From the NCBI GenBank assembly GCA_038150225.1, contig JAYQWG010000006.1, forward strand, positions 1,092 through 65,091: DNA of 64,000 nt, given 5' to 3'. Of the stretch, positions 56,911 through 64,000 are shown in pieces. The notes beneath the pieces are model-generated. The model was not told the DNA's origin. It saw only the letters and a program-made list of their open reading frames with translations, and ran no database searches. The stretch comes from Chloroflexota bacterium (lineage in GTDB: Bacteria > Chloroflexota > Dehalococcoidia > Lucifugimonadales > Lucifugimonadaceae). Numbering within the stretch: the first letter of the stretch is position 1; every line of letters starts with the position of its first letter. The translations under genes and the position numbers were made by a program.

Positions 56911-56952
56911 AGAAGAAGGCTGTCGCTATTTGCGGCGGCCTTCTTTCTTTTT
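56911..56952 (+). terminator. Rho-independent terminator
   Basis: Stem AAGAAGGC/GCCTTCTT (56913..56920 with 56938..56945), with inner pairing and a T-rich tail. Confidence 0.55.
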
Positions 56953-57038
56953 GTCAACAACTCAAATTCAAATAGTTACGAAACCGTGTAAAAAATCACT
57001 TGGCACCAAGTAGTCGTTGAGTACGAAACTTCTGAAAC

Positions 57039-57488
57039 CTAGAAGCGGGATAGGCTCAGGGCTAGCTCGACGTCTGTGAAAGTCTCAAGGAGCAACGCGT
57101 CGACTCCGGCCGCTATCAACGCCTCTATCTGCCTACGGTAGTTGTCGACGGTTACTCCACCGGGACCGATAGATCCAACAACGAACACAGTTTCCGTATT
57201 TGGAAACTGCTGGCGATGAGTACTGATAGCTCCGCGGGCGATCTCCGCTGCGGCTAGGTTTATTGAACGGGTGTTTTCAGCGTTACCAGATGCCAGCAAC
57301 TCCAGTTCGTTCGCTGCAAACGTGTTTGCAGTAAGAACCCTCGCTCCAGACGCTAGGCTCACAAGGTGAATTCCCTCGATCATGTCAGGGTTCGCGAGGT
57401 TCAGAGCTTCAAACGGATACTCAGGTGAAGCGAGCCGGCCTGTTAGTTGGAAAATATGCGACCCCATCCCGCCGTCGGCAAGGATCAC
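57039..57488 (-). pseudogene. Remnant of a homocysteine S-methyltransferase domain (MetH/BHMT N-terminal half)
   Basis: (V)ILADGGMGSHIFQ...VLTANTFAAN...VVGSIGPGG...AGVDALLLETFTD matches only the first half of the domain. TAG stops bound it on both sides, and the Zn-binding Cys half is absent. Confidence 0.6.
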
Positions 57489-57575
57489 GCCATCATTGAG
57501 TTGTTCGAGGAACTAAGAATGCAACAGGACCTCTTTTGCTTGATCGTAACGAGAAAGAAGCAGGGTGCCTGATTG

Positions 57576-58376
57576 TCAGGGGAGCGTTATTACGCCCTCG
57601 AGAATTTGGACCGCGTTGCCAGAAATGAGAACTCGGTCCCCACGCACTTCGCATTTAAGTGTGCCACCACGTTGAGATATTTGCCGCGCTGTGAACTCAG
57701 TCTTGCCAAGTTTGGACGCCCAATATGGAGCAAGTATCGTATGAGATGACCCCGTGACGGGGTCTTCGTTTATTCCGGCCGTAGGCACAAAAAACCTGCT
57801 GATGAAGTCGATATTAGTATCTGAACCTGGAGCTGTTGCTGCCACCCATGGTTCTGGAAGTGAGGCTACGGCTCTGAAGTCGGGCTTGAGATTCCTTACC
57901 TGTTCCTCGTTTCCGTACACGGCTATCGTCGTATTTGCTGACCAGACTTCAGAAGGGCGTTCGCCCAACGCCGCAGTAACTTTCTCAATCAACCCCGCGT
58001 CGGTAATTTGCGCCGGATTGTTGATTGGAAAATCGAGGGTAACTAAATCGCCGTCTTTTGAAGCAGTTAGGTATCCGCTTCTTGTGTGAAATCCAACTTG
58101 GTCTCTATCTGGTTCAAGTAATTCGGTGATTACGAATGTGGACGCGAGAGTCGCATGACCACAAAGCTCTACCTCTACTGTCGGAGTAAACCACCGCAGG
58201 TCGAAGTCCCCGTCACGACGTTTAACAAAGAAAGCTGTCTCCGATAAGTTCATTTCCCCGGCAATTTGCAGCATTTGCTCCTCGGTGAGCCATTCATCCA
58301 AAGGGCACACCGCCGCCGGATTGCCGCTAAACGGTTTATCCGTGAACGCGTCGATCTGGAAAACGGGTATTCGCAT
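57576..58376 (-). CDS. PhzF-family isomerase
   Basis: MRIPVFQIDAFTDKPFSGNPAAV and CGHATLAS are typical of the PhzF family. Confidence 0.85.
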   Translation of the reverse strand: MRIPVFQIDAFTDKPFSGNPAAVCPLDEWLTEEQMLQIAGEMNLSETAFFVKRRDGDFDLRWFTPTVEVELCGHATLASTFVITELLEPDRDQVGFHTRSGYLTASKDGDLVTLDFPINNPAQITDAGLIEKVTAALGERPSEVWSANTTIAVYGNEEQVRNLKPDFRAVASLPEPWVAATAPGSDTNIDFISRFFVPTAGINEDPVTGSSHTILAPYWASKLGKTEFTARQISQRGGTLKCEVRGDRVLISGNAVQILEGVITLP

Positions 58377-58385
58377 TCCGGGGAG

Positions 58386-59561
58386 TTACCAGTTGTTACC
58401 ACCGGTCCATGGGTGTTTTTCGAGCTCCGATTCGATCAAATCGGACCCCAGCCCCGGGCGGTCATGGACTTTCAGCTGTCCATTCTCGATTTCAAGCGGA
58501 TGCGTCATTATGTCGTCGCGCCATGGAGCGTCGTCGTTGATGAACTCCAGGGTCATGAAGTTTGGGATCACTGCACAAATGTTTGCCGAAACTAGTGTGT
58601 TCATTGGGCTGTGGCAATTGTGAGGTGCGATAGCAACGTCGTAGACATGGGCGTAGTCACAAATTTTCTTACCCATGGTCACGCCGTTCCAAGCGAAGTC
58701 GGGCATCACAATATCCTGGGCGTGAGATTCAAAGAATGGTCTGTACTCTTCCGGACCCATCAAGCTTTCGCCGTGGCAAATAGTTGTTGAGGTGGCCTCA
58801 CGAACGGTTTTGAGTGAACCCGGGTCCCACGTTTCTGTTTCAAGCCACATCATATTGAACGGCTCAAGGGCTCGCGCCAGTTTGATTGCGCCTCCGAGTC
58901 GGAAGCCAAGCGCAGTATCGATAGCTATTCCGATATTTGGTCCCAGTGCCTCTCTGAATGTGCTGACTACACCAACAGCGTTATCCAGTTGCTCTGGAGT
59001 TATTTGACCGGAGTTCCCGACACCGTTTTTTCCTCGAGGACCACGTGGTAGTCCGTCGATATTCAAGATGTTTGTCTTGATCGCTTTGAAACGCTGATCC
59101 AGAACTTCGTTAGAAAGCGCCTTGATGTCATCAAGTGTTCTCAAATCTGGAGTTTGCAACTGCTCGTGATAGCCACGCCGATCTGAGCCACAGTGCGACC
59201 AGTACAGTTGCAACTCATCGCGCATCTTGCCGCCGAGCAACTGCCAAACTGGGACGCCGAGTGCCTTTCCGCGAATGTCCCACAAAGCCGAATCGATCCC
59301 GGACATAGCTTTGTAGGCGATTCCACCGCGTTGGCGGACCATGAATGAAGCCATCTCCCACCATGCAGATTCAGATGCCATGGGATCTCGACCGATCATG
59401 ATTTCACCGAGTTGTTTGACTGTGCCTGCAACTGAATAGGCGGCCTGCCACTCTGTGCAATCACCCCAACCAACAATGTCGGAGTCTGTTTCGATCTTTA
59501 CGAACGTCCACGGTCTGAAAACACCATCGACGATGAAGGTTTTGACGTTAGTGATTTTTAT
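58386..59561 (-). CDS. Enolase-superfamily enzyme; conserved N-terminus requires a non-canonical ATA start overlapping the upstream stop
   Basis: The ORF track starts at ATG 59399. The same frame upstream encodes (I)KITNVKTFIVDGVFRPWTFVKIETDSDIVGWGDCTEWQ..., the family's capping domain, with no ATG, GTG or TTG. GAGG lies 8 nt upstream of ATA 59561..59559. Metal-ligand regions are IAIDTA, MWLETE and CHGESL. Confidence 0.7.
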   Translation of the reverse strand: MKITNVKTFIVDGVFRPWTFVKIETDSDIVGWGDCTEWQAAYSVAGTVKQLGEIMIGRDPMASESAWWEMASFMVRQRGGIAYKAMSGIDSALWDIRGKALGVPVWQLLGGKMRDELQLYWSHCGSDRRGYHEQLQTPDLRTLDDIKALSNEVLDQRFKAIKTNILNIDGLPRGPRGKNGVGNSGQITPEQLDNAVGVVSTFREALGPNIGIAIDTALGFRLGGAIKLARALEPFNMMWLETETWDPGSLKTVREATSTTICHGESLMGPEEYRPFFESHAQDIVMPDFAWNGVTMGKKICDYAHVYDVAIAPHNCHSPMNTLVSANICAVIPNFMTLEFINDDAPWRDDIMTHPLEIENGQLKVHDRPGLGSDLIESELEKHPWTGGNNW

Positions 59562-60898
59562 TTGAGTGACCTCAGGTCTTCGTCAACAGCAGCACCAGAA
59601 GGCAATTCCTGGTACTCGTACCTACGGACACCTGGCATGAATATCGCAACGGCGATCACAACGCCGATAGAAATGAATCCGCCGACGACCATGGTTGCCC
59701 CTGCACCAATTGCCGCTGCGAAAAACGCAACTTCCATTTGCCCAATGTTGTTTGCTCCCATTGCTGCGAACGAGTGAGCACTCGATGCTCGCCCGATTAG
59801 CCTGTCAGGAGTAGTTAGCTGGACCATCGCTTGTCTCATGGTCATTCCGACCGAATCAGTTGCGCCTAACAAAGCGACTATTAATAAGCCAACCCAGAAG
59901 ATCGGATTTAGTCCGAACGCAATCAACCCAACTGCATAGACCATCGTCGCGGCTAGAACGATTCGACCCTTGTGCTTGATCCGTTCAGTGAAGAACACAA
60001 GCATAGATCCAGCAACCCCACCCGCAGCATTGAATGAACCGAGCAAGGCAGTTCCATCAGCACCCATCCCGTAGAGGCCATCGGCGAACAACGGGAACAA
60101 CATTCGGTAGAAGCTAACGATAGTTACCCCGATATCCAGCAAATACAAACCTGGAAGTATTGGGTGCCCAAACACATAACGCGCGCCTTCGCGAATGGCT
60201 TCTACCTTGCTTTGCGCTGCTGTGTCTGGATCTGGTTCACCACTGGCACTGATCAGAGCGGGAGCAATCATGCTGATCGCGGCTAAAACCGTTGCAGCTG
60301 CGAACGTAACGGTGACTCCGAACCATACAAATAGTGCACCAAAGATTAACGGCGCGACGATTTGCCCGACCTGGAAGGATGCTGTCTGCATCGTCACTGC
60401 GTTTGTTAAGTGAGAGCGAGGCACAACTCTCGGCAACATCGCTGGTCGAGCTGAGTTGCCCAGCATGTTCACGATTCCGGTAGCACCCGTGACCGCAAAA
60501 ATCATCCAGGGAGCCAATGTGTCGGTGGCTGCCGCAACTGTGAGTAGCAGCAGTGTGATGAACGACACTGACTGAGTGAACACCATCAACTTCTTTCGGT
60601 TGATGATGTCGGCAAGTAGTCCGCCATACACAACAACTGGCATTTGAATGAACTGGATTGCCCCGAGAATTCCGAGCTGGACTGCGGAGCCCGTTTCGTC
60701 GTACAGCCACTGGGAACTAGCAAACAACCTCAGTTGCATTGCCACCAGCATGCTGATGCCGCCGAACCACAATAGGACGTAATCACGGAAGAACATCGAA
60801 GCCCAAGGTTTCAGAGGGCCTCTCGTTACATTTTCAGTTTGAGTCGCTGGGGATGTTGGTTCAGTAGGTGCGGATGATGCCGCTTCGTCGTTTTTCAA
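59558..60898 (-). CDS. MFS transporter
   Basis: 446-aa polytopic ORF with about 12 hydrophobic helices and a polar N-terminal tail. Confidence 0.8.
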   Translation of the reverse strand: MKNDEAASSAPTEPTSPATQTENVTRGPLKPWASMFFRDYVLLWFGGISMLVAMQLRLFASSQWLYDETGSAVQLGILGAIQFIQMPVVVYGGLLADIINRKKLMVFTQSVSFITLLLLTVAAATDTLAPWMIFAVTGATGIVNMLGNSARPAMLPRVVPRSHLTNAVTMQTASFQVGQIVAPLIFGALFVWFGVTVTFAAATVLAAISMIAPALISASGEPDPDTAAQSKVEAIREGARYVFGHPILPGLYLLDIGVTIVSFYRMLFPLFADGLYGMGADGTALLGSFNAAGGVAGSMLVFFTERIKHKGRIVLAATMVYAVGLIAFGLNPIFWVGLLIVALLGATDSVGMTMRQAMVQLTTPDRLIGRASSAHSFAAMGANNIGQMEVAFFAAAIGAGATMVVGGFISIGVVIAVAIFMPGVRRYEYQELPSGAAVDEDLRSLK

Positions 60899-60902
60899 TT
60901 CG

Positions 60903-60934
60903 TGCCGCAGTCTAGGTAGTTAAGAACTGCGGCA
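60903..60934 (-). terminator. Stem-loop between the tlpA-like and MFS genes (terminator or attenuator)
   Basis: 9-bp stem TGCCGCAGT/ACTGCGGCA with a 14-nt loop. There is no clear U-tract. Confidence 0.35.
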
Positions 60935-60967
60935 TCGTACCACCGCCCAGCGAGCGAAGGTGCCTAC

Positions 60968-61516
60968 TTATCCACCGTTTGCTGCGATGAGTTCTTGAAC
61001 CTTCGCGTCGACTCTCGACGCGGATATTGCGCCGATCGTGATGTCGTGAACCGAACCATCTGAGTTCAGGAAGAAGGTTGAGGGCATACTCCGCAATTCC
61101 CAATCCGTCACCACCTGGCGAGTAGGGGTGTTTCCCGTCGGGTACGTGATCCCGAGTTCTTCAATGAGGTTGCGACCCGACTCATAGCTGCCAAGACCCA
61201 CGTACGGTCCAACGTCTACGCCGAGGAATAGCACTTCGTCGCTGTATTTACGCCATGTTTGTTCGAACGCGGGCATCTCTGCGCGACAAGGTGGACAGTT
61301 TCCGGCCCAGAAATTCAGCACTATAGGTCTATCTTCGAGTGCATCTAACTCATCAAACATGACAGCTTTGCCACCAACAGCGGTCGCAGCTGTGGAACTG
61401 TATGGTCGGAACTCGAAATCTCCATTTCCTGGGCGATCCTGAGTAGTGCAGGCAGTGAGAAGTGCGAATAAAGCCGCAAGCGCTATGAGTGGCGTGGTTT
61501 TTCGAAGTTTGCTCAA
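60968..61516 (-). CDS. TlpA/ResA-like thiol:disulfide oxidoreductase lipoprotein
   Basis: Lipobox LLTAC and thioredoxin motif WAGNCPPC. TTG start. Confidence 0.8.
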   Translation of the reverse strand: MSKLRKTTPLIALAALFALLTACTTQDRPGNGDFEFRPYSSTAATAVGGKAVMFDELDALEDRPIVLNFWAGNCPPCRAEMPAFEQTWRKYSDEVLFLGVDVGPYVGLGSYESGRNLIEELGITYPTGNTPTRQVVTDWELRSMPSTFFLNSDGSVHDITIGAISASRVDAKVQELIAANGG

Positions 61517-61674
61517 TAGTGGTCGGTTTCGTTGGTTTCAGACAACGGGAATTCGATGCGGTAGGGATGCGTAGAGATTCGATCATCGTCGAAGGTTCTG
61601 TGGTGATACATTGTCGGCGATTGAATTCAGTATGAAACCCCGCTAAACCAGCGGCTTGTTCACGGAGAACACAA

Positions 61675-62490
61675 ATGGGTGATTTTGACGGTAAATCAGT
61701 GATAGTCACCGGCGGCGCGCTCGGAATTGGTGGAGCGGCATCGGAGGCATTTGCACGAGAGGGTGCTAGCGTCACGATCCTCGACTGGAACGAGACGGCG
61801 GGTGATGCGATGGTCGATCGAATCACGTCAGACGGCGGCACAGCGCAGTTTGTTCACGCAGACGCGGGTACATCAGACGGGTGCCGATCAACGGTTGATG
61901 CGGCTGTTGAGGCGTACGGCACGGTGAATGTGTTGTTCAACAATGTCGGAATTCAACCACCTGACTCCTACGTCGATGCAGTCGAGTTGCCGGAAGAAAC
62001 CTGGGACAAGATCATCAACGTGAACTTAAAGAGCCGCTTTTTGATGGCAAAGTACTCGATTCCTCACATGCGCAAAGCAGGTGGGGGAGTGATCATCTCG
62101 TCCGCTAGCGTTCAAGGACTTCAGTCGATGCAAGGAGTTTCTGCGTACGCTGCCAGTAAAGGTGGCGACCTATCGCTCATGCGGCAAATGTCTTTGGATT
62201 TCGCCCCGGACAACATTCGAGTGGTCTGCGTGAACCCTGGTGCTATCGACACGCCAATGGTTCGCAATGCAATTGAAGGCACGAGCGGAAATCTCGAAGA
62301 AGAACTGATCAGTACCGCTCAGGCACACCCAATCGGAAGAATTGGTCAGGCTGAAGATATCGCGAACATGGTTTTGTTCTTGGCAAGCGACAAAGCATCG
62401 TTCATTACTGGCTCGTATTACAACGTAGACGGCGGTTTGATGGCAATGGGGGCTTGGGCAAGTACTGTTGGTGCTGCTGGCTCTGATTAG
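61675..62490 (+). CDS. SDR-family oxidoreductase
   Basis: Contains VIVTGGALGIGGA, NNVG and YAASK. Confidence 0.88.
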   Translation: MGDFDGKSVIVTGGALGIGGAASEAFAREGASVTILDWNETAGDAMVDRITSDGGTAQFVHADAGTSDGCRSTVDAAVEAYGTVNVLFNNVGIQPPDSYVDAVELPEETWDKIINVNLKSRFLMAKYSIPHMRKAGGGVIISSASVQGLQSMQGVSAYAASKGGDLSLMRQMSLDFAPDNIRVVCVNPGAIDTPMVRNAIEGTSGNLEEELISTAQAHPIGRIGQAEDIANMVLFLASDKASFITGSYYNVDGGLMAMGAWASTVGAAGSD

Positions 62491-62534
62491 AGCTTTCAGC
62501 GTAAAACTTGGGACTATTCACGCACGCTAGCTAG

Positions 62535-63677
62535 CTAAATGTATGCGATCGAGTTGTCGGGATTGACCTTGTCGCCCCGATGCCATGATCCTCGGAACGG
62601 GTGCTTTTCCAGTTCATCAACCGTGATGTCGATGCCAAGTCCTGGACCTTCTGGAAGCGGATAGTATCCGTCGACAGGTTGGATCACGTTCGTAACGGAT
62701 GCGATCTCCGCCGGTTTCAGAATTCGTGACTCCTGGACCAGGAAGTTCGAATTCGCAGCGTCAAAGTGCAAATTTGCGACCGTTGCTAAGGGGCCCATCG
62801 GGTTATGCGGAGCTACGACGAGATCGTGTGCTTCTGCCATGAACGCGATTTTTCGCATCTCTGTCAGGCCACCGACGATACATACCTCTGGCTGCAGGAT
62901 GTCCACCCCACCTTCACGAACGAGTTCCCACAGCTCGAATTTGGTGTAGAGGCATTCTCCGGTCGCGAGTGCACACGGCATCTTCTCGCGCAGGAGTCCC
63001 ATCTCGTGCCGATTTTCCATCCTGATCGGTTCTTCCATGAACCACGGATTGAACTCCATCAGGACATCAGTTAGTTCCAGTACACGAATTGGCTCCCAAA
63101 TCGCGGCGTGGGCATCAAAACCAACGTCAATGTCATCACCAACCGCTTGCCGCACAGCTTTGAAGCGCTCGTTGGCATCTTTCAGAACGTCGTTCCACCG
63201 CATGTCACGCCAATTCGGTGACATGGGGCTTGTCTTCAAGGCTGTGTACCCCTGGTCAACGTGTTTGAGCGCGTCTTCAGCGAGTTCTTTCGGAGTTGAG
63301 CCGTGGATATCGAAATATGCCCTGATCTTGTCTCGAACCCTTCCGCCCATGAGTTCGTAAACCGGTTTATCTAGAGCTTTCCCGGTGATGTCCCACAGTG
63401 ATTGGTCGATCGCTGAGAGCGCTGCAAGACCCGACGAACCGATAGGAAAACGTGCTCCCTGGTAGCAAAGTGCCCAGTTGCGCTCGATTTCCGTGGGATC
63501 TTGACCGATTAACTGCTCGCCGAAGTACTCGACCCACGCGGAAGACGCCATGTCTGGGCCAACGTGATAGACCTCACCAACTCCGTAAATTCCAGAGTCA
63601 GTGTTAGTCCGGATATAAACGAGATTGCTCCCGTTTTTATCGGTTGATAGGAACGTTTCTATACCTGTGATTTTCAT
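62535..63677 (-). CDS. Enolase-superfamily dehydratase (galactonate-dehydratase-like)
   Basis: MKITGIETFL start, metal-ligand regions VGFDAHA, FMEEP and ATGECL, and the APHNP motif. Confidence 0.85.
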   Translation of the reverse strand: MKITGIETFLSTDKNGSNLVYIRTNTDSGIYGVGEVYHVGPDMASSAWVEYFGEQLIGQDPTEIERNWALCYQGARFPIGSSGLAALSAIDQSLWDITGKALDKPVYELMGGRVRDKIRAYFDIHGSTPKELAEDALKHVDQGYTALKTSPMSPNWRDMRWNDVLKDANERFKAVRQAVGDDIDVGFDAHAAIWEPIRVLELTDVLMEFNPWFMEEPIRMENRHEMGLLREKMPCALATGECLYTKFELWELVREGGVDILQPEVCIVGGLTEMRKIAFMAEAHDLVVAPHNPMGPLATVANLHFDAANSNFLVQESRILKPAEIASVTNVIQPVDGYYPLPEGPGLGIDITVDELEKHPFRGSWHRGDKVNPDNSIAYI

Positions 63678-63722
63678 GATTCTGAATTCGGATTGAGGTG
63701 ATATTGCTGAGTTGGGGAGGGC

Positions 63723-64000
63723 TTAGAGGAAGCCTGGAGAACCATCTGGGTACGCGGCGAAACCGCTATCCCAGTGCTTAGGAGGGTTTGCTGCGATCAC
63801 TTCGTGGTTCAAGCTCATCCCGATTCCCGGAGTTGAGGGCAGTTCGAAATAACCGTCCACAGGAACCCACGATTCGTTGATGAATTCAGCCTTATTCTTT
63901 TTGTGATCACCGTGCCATTCGAGAATTGAGAAATTGTTTATTGAAGCTGCGTGGTGAACTCCCGCTGCCGTCGAGAGCAAGCCAAGGGGGTTGTGAGGTG
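63723..64000 (-). CDS. Enolase-superfamily enzyme, C-terminal part; 5' end lies outside the window
   Basis: The frame is open to the window edge and reads PHNPLGLLSTAAGVHHAASINNFSILEWH...GYFELPSTPGIGMSLN, the conserved C-terminal barrel end of the family. Confidence 0.75.
   Translation of the reverse strand, partial: PHNPLGLLSTAAGVHHAASINNFSILEWHGDHKKNKAEFINESWVPVDGYFELPSTPGIGMSLNHEVIAANPPKHWDSGFAAYPDGSPGFL

Noticed and set aside
57039-57041. Read-through of the TAG stops flanking the homocysteine-methyltransferase fragment
   Set aside because: The sequence beyond both TAGs shows no continuation of the domain in frame (downstream reads VSEVSYSTTTWCQVIFYTVS-stop). It is a genuine remnant.
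1-64000. CRISPR arrays, toxin-antitoxin pairs, restriction-modification or other defence systems, and insertion sequences
   Set aside because: I saw no regularly spaced direct repeats, no nuclease, helicase or methylase-like ORFs, and no transposase or terminal inverted repeats. Essentially every sizeable ORF has a metabolic, transport, regulatory or housekeeping assignment.

Overview
This is a gene-dense bacterial chromosomal segment of moderate GC, with about 60 genes on both strands and intergenic gaps mostly under 150 nt. Four convergent gene pairs share or abut their stop codons.

The content is mostly small-molecule catabolism:
- five enolase-superfamily (mandelate racemase/MLE-type) paralogs, two of them cut by the window edges
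- many SDR, MDR, AKR and Gfo-type oxidoreductases
- three D-2-hydroxyacid-dehydrogenase-like genes and four PLP enzymes
- a GlcD/GlcE/GlcF-type FAD/Fe-S oxidase, a cytoplasmic sulfatase, GGT, amidohydrolases and MFS transporters
- a CitE/MaoC/CoA-transferase trio

Housekeeping genes are rpoD, dnaN, a class I fructose-bisphosphate aldolase, tRNA-Arg(TCT), a TrkH/KtrB-type transporter, a Fur-family regulator and one OmpR/HisKA two-component system. The enolase-family paralog expansion, redox-enzyme richness and compactness resemble marine SAR202-type Chloroflexota. That assignment is inference only.

I found no rRNA, CRISPR array, transposase, integrase, phage gene or recognisable defence gene. 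I also found no convincing self-contained novel multi-gene system.

The signals most worth a second look are:
1. A formate dehydrogenase alpha gene that the ORF track splits but that reads as one selenoprotein gene (in-frame TGA plus a SECIS-like hairpin).
2. An OmpR-type response regulator interrupted by an in-frame TAG.
3. Two, possibly three, genes whose conserved N-termini can only be translated from ATT/ATA codons placed behind good Shine-Dalgarno sequences.
4. An aldolase-linked triplet of PAL-like NHL beta-propellers with intact catalytic motifs.
5. A glcDEF-type oxidase operon interrupted by three oxidoreductases and headed by a sulfatase.
6. A DHDPS-fold protein and a 2-hydroxyacid-dehydrogenase-fold protein that both seem to lack their catalytic residues.
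7. A 660-nt non-coding gap with an AT-rich iterated-motif tract upstream of a small HTH gene.

All functional calls come from by-eye motif recognition. No searches were run.
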